Assembly (NCBI GenBank): GCA_035290465.1
Contig: DATDUI010000037.1
Span: 1-38,703 of the forward strand
Length of the DNA stretch: 38,703 nt
Source of the DNA: Candidatus Nanoarchaeia archaeon
GTDB lineage: Archaea; Nanobdellota; Nanobdellia; Pacearchaeales; GW2011-AR1
Reading direction: 5' to 3'
The notes beneath the pieces are model-generated. The model was not told the origin of the DNA. It ran no database searches and was given only the letters and a program-made list of their open reading frames with translations. Both the position numbers and the translations under genes were made by a program. This document shows, piece by piece, positions 7,806-15,225 of this stretch (position 1 is its first letter; the number at the start of each line of letters is the position of its first letter).

Positions 7806-7923
7806 GATGAACAAAAGCAAGGTCTAACAAGAGGAAGATACTTTAAAAATAATCCAAATTTAATTAATAATTGGGATGAAGTTCAGGATTATTGCAAAAA
7901 AAATAAAATAAAGATTTATTAGT
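7806..7923 (+). repeat. 118-bp perfect direct repeat, right copy (orphan gene tail)
   Basis: It is identical to 6237..6354. An in-frame TAA at 7800..7802 precedes it, so it has no start. Its TAG (7920..7922) lies 8 nt from the stop of the convergent gene at 7931. Confidence 0.95.
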
Positions 7924-7930
7924 TTCTATT

Positions 7931-8581
7931 TTATTCTAAAACAATATTTTCTAAAGAAGAATGATTTTGTTCTGCTTTTTCAATTTGTGGTTGATAATTA
8001 GTTTCTATTTCTTCTTTATTTGGATTGAATGCATATATCCCTGACATTAAACCAATTGAACCTGCTACTAATGTTGTAGCAAGAATTTTTTTCATTTTAG
8101 GCGTTTGTTTTTTTACAAATTGTGGTATTCTTTCTGTTTCTTTTAATCCTGCTAAATCCCTAAAAGAATCAATAGTATATCCTAAAGATCCTCCGGAAAG
8201 GAAAGCTAAACCAATTGAAAAAGCTGTACCTAATGCTATTTCTTTTAAATCTCTTGCACCGGAAGCATAATAAAATGCTGGTGTAATAGCAATATTGTAC
8301 AGTCCCGCATAAATTGAATCGTGTAAATATTTCATCTTTTCTGTAGCTTCATTGTTTATATTAAAATAATCTCTCGAAATATCTAAACCCTTTGTGAATA
8401 ATCTTCCAAATCCAATCTAAGTTAACCCTGTAGCTAAAATTCTGGCATTAATTGACGTTTCATTTGACATATCCGAACCAATTGTTTCAATAACACTGAA
8501 TATCGGATTTGTTAATGTTAATAAAGCAGTACTATCTACAAGATGATAATTTAAATTTTCAATAATCTTATTTTTATTCAT
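7931..8581 (-). pseudogene. AlaE-like (L-alanine exporter family-like) small membrane protein interrupted by an in-frame TAG at 8417..8419
   Basis: ATG 8581 has a TATA box 25-26 nt upstream. It opens 54 codons (MNKNKIIENLNYHLVDSTALLTLTNPIFSVIETIGSDMSNETSINARILATGLT) that run in frame through one TAG into the listed ORF 7931..8335. The combined sequence resembles the AlaE/YgaW layout as I recall it. Confidence 0.5.
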
Positions 8582-8601
8582 TAAATCTGCAAAATTAAAG
8601 C

Positions 8602-8611
8602 TTTTATAAAT
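8602..8611 (-). promoter_or_regulatory. TATA box (minus-strand ATTTATAAAA) for the AlaE-like gene
   Basis: The box centre is 25-26 nt upstream of ATG 8581. This supports 8581 as the real start of the interrupted gene. Confidence 0.45.
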
Positions 8612-8678
8612 CTATTTTTTTCAAGAAAAACTTTTATTAACTCCTATTTCTATTAAATGCTATGAAAAAGATGTGGGG

Positions 8679-8751
8679 TTCAAAACTAAGCTGTGCCTAC
8701 GCACAGATCAGAAGTAATAGTTTTGAATACAAAGAAAATCAGGGATTTTCT
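8679..8751 (+). promoter_or_regulatory. Structured 5' leader element: nested hairpins upstream of the 8781 surface-protein gene
   Basis: The outer 10-bp stem TTCAAAACTA (8679..8688) / TAGTTTTGAA (8718..8727) encloses the hairpin CTGTGC-ctac-GCACAG (8691..8706). A second 8-bp hairpin follows, AGAAAATC-agg-GATTTTCT (8733..8751). The region is locally GC-enriched, and an AGGAG SD follows. Confidence 0.35.
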
Positions 8752-8780
8752 AGCATTTCCATTTCAGGAGAAATGAAAAT

Positions 8781-10115
8781 ATGAAAAAAGTGGTTATATC
8801 ATTAATCTTAGCTTTAATTCTTTTGCCAAATATTTTGGGAGTAAGTTTTGAAATGAATGAAGAATTTAAACAAGGTGAAACATTAATAGCAAAAATTTCA
8901 GGTAATTTCCTGACCCCAATTTTAAAAGAAAATATTAATTTTTATCGAGGTCATACACGTGTAGCAGTAAATTATGATTTAACAAAAATAGATGATATTT
9001 ATTATCTTTCTGCTTCGTTATTAAGCAAAGCTCCAAATAATTATTCAATAATCATTGATAATGTAGAATATATGCAAGGGGCAACAGTAAAAACAGATGA
9101 CATTGTAAAAAATTTTACGGTTACAGAAGGTATTGCAGATTTTTCAATAACTCCCGGATTTATTATCGCAACAGATACATTTGAAGTAACTTTGCAAAAT
9201 TTATTAGATGCTCCGTCAACAATTAATATTAAAATCGAAAAAACTCAGGAAGAAACAAGTCAGGGTTTTTTCGCGTCTTTATTTGGAACCACAACTGAAA
9301 CACAGGATTATTCAATTTCATTAAAATCCGGAGAAATTAGAAGAGTAAAATTTAATGTTAATAATATAACTGCTTCAGCATTGCATACTATAACTTTTTC
9401 TTCAACTAATTTAAAATATGAATTGCCTGTTTATGTTTATGCAACAAATAAAACAACAGCATCAAACGAAAATCAAATAACTCGTTTTGGCATTGAACCA
9501 ATAATTATGGAAATATCAATGACGACAAATTCAAATAAAACTTATGTATTTTATTTTCGTAATACCGGAAATACAACGATAAAAAATATTACTTTGTCAT
9601 TATCTGATTCTTTGAAACCATATGCTTTATTCTCTAATGAAAGTATTGAAGAAGTAGAAAAAAATTCAAGCTATAAATTTTATGTAAATTTTTCATCTAA
9701 AGATAATGAAGAAATAATTAATGGAAGTATTAGAGCAAGAATTGTGAATGAAACCGGAAATACTTATGCATATTCAGAGATTCTATTAAAAATAGTAAAA
9801 GATTATATCCCTTTGGATAATGAAACTAATGAATCAACTGATGAGCCAATTCCTTCAATTTCAAAAACTTGTGCAGAACTCGAAGGAATAATTTGTAAAG
9901 CTGATGAAGAATGCAATGGTGAAATTGTTAATGCAAAAGATGATAAATGTTGCATGAATGAATGTACTGAAGAAAGCAATTCATTAGGGAAATTAATTGG
10001 CTGGGTAATTATTTTATGCATTGTTGGATTTTTAGTTTGGTTTTTTAAAACAAAATATCGTGGAGCACATAAAGAAATAGATTTAGTTGAAATTTCTAAA
10101 TGGAAGAGAATTTGA
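8781..10115 (+). CDS. Surface glycoprotein candidate: signal peptide, beta-rich ectodomain with many N-x-S/T sequons, one Cys-rich stalk module, C-terminal TM anchor
   Basis: The signal peptide is MKKVVISLILALILLPNILG. I count about 14 N-x-S/T sequons. The Cys module is CAELEGIICKADEECNGEIVNAKDDKCCMNEC (9870..9965), and the TM helix is LIGWVIILCIVGFLVWFF. Confidence 0.75.
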   Translation: MKKVVISLILALILLPNILGVSFEMNEEFKQGETLIAKISGNFLTPILKENINFYRGHTRVAVNYDLTKIDDIYYLSASLLSKAPNNYSIIIDNVEYMQGATVKTDDIVKNFTVTEGIADFSITPGFIIATDTFEVTLQNLLDAPSTINIKIEKTQEETSQGFFASLFGTTTETQDYSISLKSGEIRRVKFNVNNITASALHTITFSSTNLKYELPVYVYATNKTTASNENQITRFGIEPIIMEISMTTNSNKTYVFYFRNTGNTTIKNITLSLSDSLKPYALFSNESIEEVEKNSSYKFYVNFSSKDNEEIINGSIRARIVNETGNTYAYSEILLKIVKDYIPLDNETNESTDEPIPSISKTCAELEGIICKADEECNGEIVNAKDDKCCMNECTEESNSLGKLIGWVIILCIVGFLVWFFKTKYRGAHKEIDLVEISKWKRI

Positions 10116-10174
10116 TAATAATTCTTATTAGGTATGAAAAAAGTTTATAAATCTGAAACCTTTTCTTACTAGGT

Positions 10175-10572
10175 ATGAATGAAGAAAGAGAGAAGATAAT
10201 TTAAAAAAAGGAAGAAATAATTCGGCTGTTGTTTTATTTTTTAAGTGCTTAATCTCACTTTGTGATTTGTTTTTATTGCGAAAGACAGGCAAAAGTCCTT
10301 CATCACATAATTCAAGATTTAATATATTGAAGGAAAGATTCAGAGAAGTTTATGAGATTTTGGACAAAGATTTCCCATTTTATCAAGGAAGTTATGTCCA
10401 GTCTATGACAAAAGAACTTTTGAAAAAAAGAGTTCCTCTTTTTGAAGCAGGATTTCTAATCGGTGAATTATCTTCTCTGGTGAAGAAAGGAAAGGTAAAA
10501 CTAAAGAGTAATATCATAATGCAAATATTTATAAACTATTTGGCATTACAATACATATGTCACAAGAGATAA
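10175..10572 (+). pseudogene. Frame-inconsistent gene: the leaderless-type ATG at 10175 closes after 9 codons, and a long start-less ORF (open from 10183, listed as 10267..10572 with TTG) continues in the -1 frame
   Basis: TATA TTTATAAA at 10144..10151 is centred about 27 nt upstream of ATG 10175. The listed ORF has no ATG. Its 3' end overlaps the promoter of the ATPase gene. Confidence 0.3.
10528..10535 (+). promoter_or_regulatory. TATA box TTTATAAA for the ATPase gene
   Basis: The box is centred 25-26 nt upstream of ATG 10557. Confidence 0.5.
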
Positions 10573-11828
10573 AAGATATATTAATTCTTCAAAAAAGAGA
10601 ATTAGAGAATAAGTTAAAAGAAAAATACATAAACAGAAGAGATAAATTAGAAGGATTAGATTCAGACATAATAAAAGTTATTATTGGTCCAAGAAGAGCA
10701 GGAAAGTCTTTTTTTTCAATACATCTTTTAAACAAAATTGGGGATTTTGGCTATGTTAACTTTGATGATGAAAATCTAATTAATGTCAAAAATTATGATG
10801 AAATAATTACTGCAATGAATTCTATTTATAAAAATCCTAAATATGTTTTCTTTGATGAAATTCAAAATTTACCAAACTGGGAATTATTTGTAAATAGATT
10901 GCAAAGAGGGAGCACTAATTTAATTATAACGGGTAGCAATTCAAAACTTCTTAGCAAAGAATTAGCAACACACTTAACAGGGAGGCATTTTTTAACACAT
11001 ATACTCCCATTTTCATTTAAAGAATTCATTGATTTAGATAAAAAAGAATTAACAACTATTGAAATCAAAAATAAGTTTGAAGATTATATCTTTCATGGAG
11101 GTTATCCTGAACCTCTGATTAAAAATCTAGACTTTAAAGAATATCTCTCAACTCTTTTCAATTCAGTCATATATAAAGATATTATTAATAGATATAAGAT
11201 AAGAGCTAATAAAGAAATGGAAAATCTATCTTTTTATCTCTTATCAAATATTGCAAATGAATATTCTTATAATTCCCTTACAAAGGTAACCGATATAAAG
11301 AGTTCACATACAATACAAAAATATATGGGATACTTGGAAGAGTCTTTTATTTTCTTTAGTTTAAACAGATTTTCTTATAAGGTTAAAGAGCAAATTTCCT
11401 CAAATAAGAAGATTTATTGCATAGATAATGGGTTTATACAGGCAAAAGCATTTAAATTAAGTCCGAATATTGGAAAACTTTATGAGAATATTGTAGCAAT
11501 TGAATTGAAAAGAAGAGAATATGAAAAAGAAATTGAAGTCTATTATTGGAAAAATGTTCAAAATGAAGAAGTAGATTTTTTGATTAAAAAAGGAACTTTA
11601 GTTAAACAGCTTATTCAGGTTTGTTCTGACATTAAAAATTCTGAAACAAAAAATAGAGAAATTAGAGCTTTAATTAAAGCTGGTGAAGATTTGAAATGCA
11701 AAGACCTTTTGATGATTACAGATGATTATGAGGGTGAAGAAAAAACTGAATGGTTTGATAAGAAGGCAATAATAAAGTTTATCCCTGCTTGGAAATGGCT
11801 TTTGGAAAAAAATTCTAAGAAGAAGTAA
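10557..11828 (+). CDS. AAA+ ATPase of the AAA_14 + DUF4143 type
   Basis: Walker A is IIGPRRAGKS and Walker B is VFFDEIQ. The C-terminal part (FYLLSNIANEYSYNSL ... IYCIDNGF) is typical of the DUF4143 architecture. Confidence 0.85.
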   Translation: MSQEIKDILILQKRELENKLKEKYINRRDKLEGLDSDIIKVIIGPRRAGKSFFSIHLLNKIGDFGYVNFDDENLINVKNYDEIITAMNSIYKNPKYVFFDEIQNLPNWELFVNRLQRGSTNLIITGSNSKLLSKELATHLTGRHFLTHILPFSFKEFIDLDKKELTTIEIKNKFEDYIFHGGYPEPLIKNLDFKEYLSTLFNSVIYKDIINRYKIRANKEMENLSFYLLSNIANEYSYNSLTKVTDIKSSHTIQKYMGYLEESFIFFSLNRFSYKVKEQISSNKKIYCIDNGFIQAKAFKLSPNIGKLYENIVAIELKRREYEKEIEVYYWKNVQNEEVDFLIKKGTLVKQLIQVCSDIKNSETKNREIRALIKAGEDLKCKDLLMITDDYEGEEKTEWFDKKAIIKFIPAWKWLLEKNSKKK

Positions 11829-11894
11829 TCCGTTTTGGTTCTTAGTATTACTTTCTTGTTATTTTTAATCCCCAAAAACATTTATATACTTAAG

Positions 11895-11910
11895 GTGTAT
11901 AAATATACAC
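11895..11910. promoter_or_regulatory. Perfect palindrome GTGTATAaaTATACAC embedding a TATA-like core (operator overlapping the promoter)
   Basis: The 7-bp arms are separated by 2 nt. The TATAAATA core is centred about 26 nt upstream of ATG 11928. Confidence 0.5.
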
Positions 11911-11927
11911 TAGAGGTATATACTCTA

Positions 11928-12509
11928 ATGATAACAAAAAATGAAAGCAAAGTTTTGAGAATGCTATTAATGGCATTTGGAGAAGAATATTCAATTAACA
12001 GAATAGCAAAAGTTTGTGGCCTTTCACCAAATGGAGCATTAAAGACATTAAGAAAATTTGAATCTCAAGGAATTTTAACAGTTAAGAAAATTGCAAATAT
12101 TAATTCTTACAAAATCAATTTTTCAAATAACAAAACAAAAAACATACTCGAACTTGCACTAATCCCAGAAATCCCTGAAAAAATAAAATACCGATATGAT
12201 GATTTGGGACCTCTAAAAAAAATCACTGAAATAGGAATAATCTTTGGGTCTTACATAACAGATAAACAAAAACCGACGGATATAGATTTGTTTTTTGTTC
12301 TGGATAAAAAAAATTTCAATGAATACAAAACTTTAAGCAAAAAAATTTATTTTACAATGCCTTTGAAAGTGCAGGATGTTCTTCAGACAAAAAAAGATTT
12401 AAAAGAAAATATTTTAAAGAAAGATAAAGTAATAATTGAAATATTCCGAAAAGGAATTATTTTATGGGGCTATGATAAAATAATAAAATTTTTTGAAAAT
12501 GACAGATAA
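11928..12509 (+). CDS. wHTH + minimal nucleotidyltransferase (MNT-type partner of HEPN)
   Basis: I trimmed the listed ORF 11835 to the first ATG. The N-terminus ESKVLRMLL..YSINRIAKVCGLSPNGALKTLRKFESQGIL is wHTH-like. The NTase motif is IIFGSYITDKQKPTDIDLFF. Confidence 0.75.
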   Translation: MITKNESKVLRMLLMAFGEEYSINRIAKVCGLSPNGALKTLRKFESQGILTVKKIANINSYKINFSNNKTKNILELALIPEIPEKIKYRYDDLGPLKKITEIGIIFGSYITDKQKPTDIDLFFVLDKKNFNEYKTLSKKIYFTMPLKVQDVLQTKKDLKENILKKDKVIIEIFRKGIILWGYDKIIKFFENDR

Positions 12510-12993
12510 AATAAAAGATTGTCTTAAATCCGGAGAGAAAGGAGAAAGACACAAAGGATTAAGAAAAGTGAAGACTAGTGAAGTCTTAATTAAAGGTCAT
12601 TTAAGAAAAGCAATTCATAACTTTAATGCAATTGAAGAGTTTTATAAAAGCGGATATTCTGATTGGAGTGCTTCTGCTTCCTTTTATTCTCTTTATCATT
12701 GCCTTCTTGCAATTCTGGCAAAAAATGGGATAGAATCGAGAAATCAAACATGCACATTTGCTTTTATTGAGCAGATGATTAACGATAAAAAATTATCTAT
12801 AACTAAAGAAGAATTAAGCGAAATATTTGATAAAGATATCACTGAGGACCTTATGCATAGTAATAAAATACTTGATATAAGAGAGAATATGCAATATTCA
12901 ATTAAAACTTCATTAGAAAGAAAAGAGTTTGATTTATTAAAGCAAAGAACAAAAGAATTACTTGATAAATTAAGGAGAGAAATTGAAAAATAA
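12493..12993 (+). CDS. HEPN domain protein (partner of the upstream NTase)
   Basis: It overlaps the NTase gene by 17 nt. The helical core ASFYSLYHCLLAILAKNGIESRNQTC resembles the HEPN (PF05168-type) helix. The context is a classical MNT-HEPN pair. Confidence 0.7.
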   Translation: MKMTDKIKDCLKSGEKGERHKGLRKVKTSEVLIKGHLRKAIHNFNAIEEFYKSGYSDWSASASFYSLYHCLLAILAKNGIESRNQTCTFAFIEQMINDKKLSITKEELSEIFDKDITEDLMHSNKILDIRENMQYSIKTSLERKEFDLLKQRTKELLDKLRREIEK

Positions 12994-13195
12994 AAAAACA
13001 AATTATAAGTTATGATTTTTTTTATTCTTAAAATATAAAATCCCTAAAGATATAAGGATTATTCCTAAAATGATTAAGGAACTATTTAATAAATTTATTT
13101 TGATTCCTATAAGATTTAGATAGAATACGGCAAGGGGAACAATTGCGATGAGAAAGATAGTTATCTTTTAATAATGTAAAAACATATATAAATTT

Positions 13196-14590
13196 ATGAA
13201 AAAGGTAAAAAAAGAATATTTATTTTTAATGATCATTCTAATTTTTGCATTTTTCTTGAGAGTTTATAGTCTTGGAACTCCTGTTTTTTGGGTTGATGAA
13301 GCAACATCATCTGTTGCTTCTTTAATGATCTTGGAAAAAGGTTTTCCGATTTTTGATTCTGGGCTTTTTTATGATCGAGCGTTATTATTTCATTATTTAC
13401 AAGCATTTTTCTTGTTATTTGGGCAGACTGAATTTTTAGCAAGATTTGTATCTGTTATATTTGGTTTATTGACAATTGTTTTAATTTATTTTATTGGTAA
13501 AGAATATTCTAATTCCGGGGGAATTATAAGTGCTTTATTTTTAAGTGTATTTTATTTAGAAGTTTTTTTTTCCAGACAGGCAAGATTTTATCAGTTCTTT
13601 CAGTTGTTATTTTTCCTTTCTTTGTATCTTTTGTATAAATCTAAAGATGATTCAAGATTTCTTTATTTATCTTTGATTTCATTTTTTATTACGATTAATA
13701 CTCAAATAGCAGGGCTTGTTTTAGCTCCTTTTTTTATTTTGCATATTTTAATTTATAATAAGGGTATAAAGAGATGGTTATCTGTTTTTCCCAGTATTTC
13801 ATTATTCTATAATTTTATTCCTAGTAAAGATCTTTCTTCGAATTCTTCAATTTCTGCGATAAATTATTTTAAGGAATATGCTGGACAAGTTTTGAATATG
13901 ATTTATCTTTTTATTTTATTTGTGCCTGGGTTAATTATGGCTTTTATGAAAAAGAAAAGGCTGACATTATTGATAATCTTACCTTCGGTTATTTTATTAA
14001 TTGGTGTGTTTGGCTTGAAGTCTTTTGCTTTAAGATATGCTTATTTTTTTATTTTTCCGTTGATTTTGTATTCTTCTTTATTAATGTCTTTCATGTATGA
14101 AAAATACGGTAAATTAATTTTAGTTTCAATATTCATTTTATTTTTGATACCTTCAAATTTATTCTTTTTGCATACTTATGTTAATATGATTAAACCAGTT
14201 GATTATAATTTTAATGATTATTCTGCTCCTTTTACTGATTATAAAAATGTTCCTTCTGAATTAATTGATGAGATGAAGAAGGGGATTTTGGTTAGTTATT
14301 TTTCTTCAGATGTGCAGTGGTATATTAAAAAGCCAGATTATGTTTTGCCTTTTTCAATGAATGGGATAGGGGAGGATTCTATTTCCTGGAATTGTTCTAT
14401 TGGTGTTTGTGATAGATATAGTGGGGCTTTGATGTTGAATGAAGATTTAGAGAGTTATTATTTAGTTGCTGATTTGTTTAGCGTTAGTAAGCTTAATGAT
14501 GAGCAGAGGTTAAGGTATGAGGGATTGATTGAGGGTTGTTCTTTGGTATGGGAACAGGTTGATTTGAAGATATATCATTGTGCTATATAG
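13196..14590 (+). CDS. GT-C fold glycosyltransferase (ArnT/PMT_2-like, polytopic membrane protein)
   Basis: The first-loop motif is LGTPVFWVDEATSSVASLMILEKGFP. There are about 10 hydrophobic helices and a soluble C-terminal domain. Confidence 0.7.
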   Translation: MKKVKKEYLFLMIILIFAFFLRVYSLGTPVFWVDEATSSVASLMILEKGFPIFDSGLFYDRALLFHYLQAFFLLFGQTEFLARFVSVIFGLLTIVLIYFIGKEYSNSGGIISALFLSVFYLEVFFSRQARFYQFFQLLFFLSLYLLYKSKDDSRFLYLSLISFFITINTQIAGLVLAPFFILHILIYNKGIKRWLSVFPSISLFYNFIPSKDLSSNSSISAINYFKEYAGQVLNMIYLFILFVPGLIMAFMKKKRLTLLIILPSVILLIGVFGLKSFALRYAYFFIFPLILYSSLLMSFMYEKYGKLILVSIFILFLIPSNLFFLHTYVNMIKPVDYNFNDYSAPFTDYKNVPSELIDEMKKGILVSYFSSDVQWYIKKPDYVLPFSMNGIGEDSISWNCSIGVCDRYSGALMLNEDLESYYLVADLFSVSKLNDEQRLRYEGLIEGCSLVWEQVDLKIYHCAI

Positions 14591-14676
14591 TTTGTTAACA
14601 AATGTTTTTAAATAAAAATAGTCTTTTAGTTTGAATTAAACAGGGAGATTTTCCTATAAAGATTGGAAACTAAATT

Positions 14677-15225
14677 ATGGCAAAAACAAAGGGGATTGAG
14701 GTTGGAAAATTTGTTCAAAGGAATAATATGCTCAAAAAAATTGGGTTGGATACAGATAACTGCATTTCCTGGATTGAAAATGAAAAGCTCTCCCCGGGTT
14801 ATAAACCAAGAATAGCCAAAAGAAGAAATTTTCTTTATACAAATTATGTTGTTTTTAGTGAATTGATGCATTTAATTTCAAATAAAGATCTGACTATAAA
14901 GAGTGAAGAAGTAATTGGTTTCCTAAAAAGAAACCATATCCGCCCAATAAAGAAAAAAGATGTTGATAAAATTAAAGTTGAAGAAACATTTAATAAATTA
15001 AAGGCTGAATGTAAAAAAAATAATTGGTCTGCAGGGGAAAGCGATTTAAGGGTAATATCTGTATATTACAATGCAGGAATAGATTGCATTTCAACAAATA
15101 ATTTAAGACATTTTAAAGATCCGTGCTATTATCTTAAAATCTCTTTAGATTTTCCGCCAATTATTCAACCATATTCTAAACAAGATGTAAACAGAATGTT
15201 AAGAAATTTATATAAAAATCATTAA
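14677..15225 (+). CDS. Hypothetical protein, possibly a divergent PIN-like nuclease
   Basis: GLDTDNCISW, VVFSELMHL and ESDLRVISVYYNAGIDCISTNNLRHF resemble PIN motifs 1, 2 and 3/4, but the last acidic position is Asn. This call is tentative. Confidence 0.45.
   Translation: MAKTKGIEVGKFVQRNNMLKKIGLDTDNCISWIENEKLSPGYKPRIAKRRNFLYTNYVVFSELMHLISNKDLTIKSEEVIGFLKRNHIRPIKKKDVDKIKVEETFNKLKAECKKNNWSAGESDLRVISVYYNAGIDCISTNNLRHFKDPCYYLKISLDFPPIIQPYSKQDVNRMLRNLYKNH

Noticed and set aside
8671-8730. Possible tRNA because of a GGTTCAAAAC T-loop-like string
   Set aside because: The would-be T-stem (TGGGG / CTAAG) does not pair. No acceptor, D or anticodon arms can be drawn on either strand. I kept it as a structured leader element instead.
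10199-10210. A7 run (TTTAAAAAAAGG) as a programmed -1 frameshift slippery site linking ATG 10175 to the long ORF
   Set aside because: The zero-frame stop TAA (10202..10204) begins inside the run, so ribosomes would terminate before a canonical X XXY YYZ slip. No downstream stimulatory structure is obvious. A pseudogene or an indel error is more likely.
11888-11894. Shared ACTTAAG core upstream of both wHTH-NTase genes (11888..11894 and 31712..31718) as a common operator
   Set aside because: It is a 7-mer at different distances from the two start codons (34 nt versus 7 nt), and the two wHTH domains are only distantly similar. Chance is a sufficient explanation.
11835-11927. N-terminal extension of the wHTH-NTase ORF (listed start 11835)
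   Set aside because: The listed start is not an ATG. The extension covers the TATA box and palindrome and translates to hydrophobic junk. ATG 11928 has the standard spacing of about 26 nt from the TATA box.
13020-13170. Minus-strand hydrophobic peptide frame (ITIFLIAIVPLAVFYLNLIGIKINLLNSSLIILGIILISLGILYFKNKKNHNL)
   Set aside because: The frame is closed by a TAA two codons upstream of its beginning and has no ATG, GTG or TTG start. It could be a relic of a small membrane gene, but it is not supportable as a feature.
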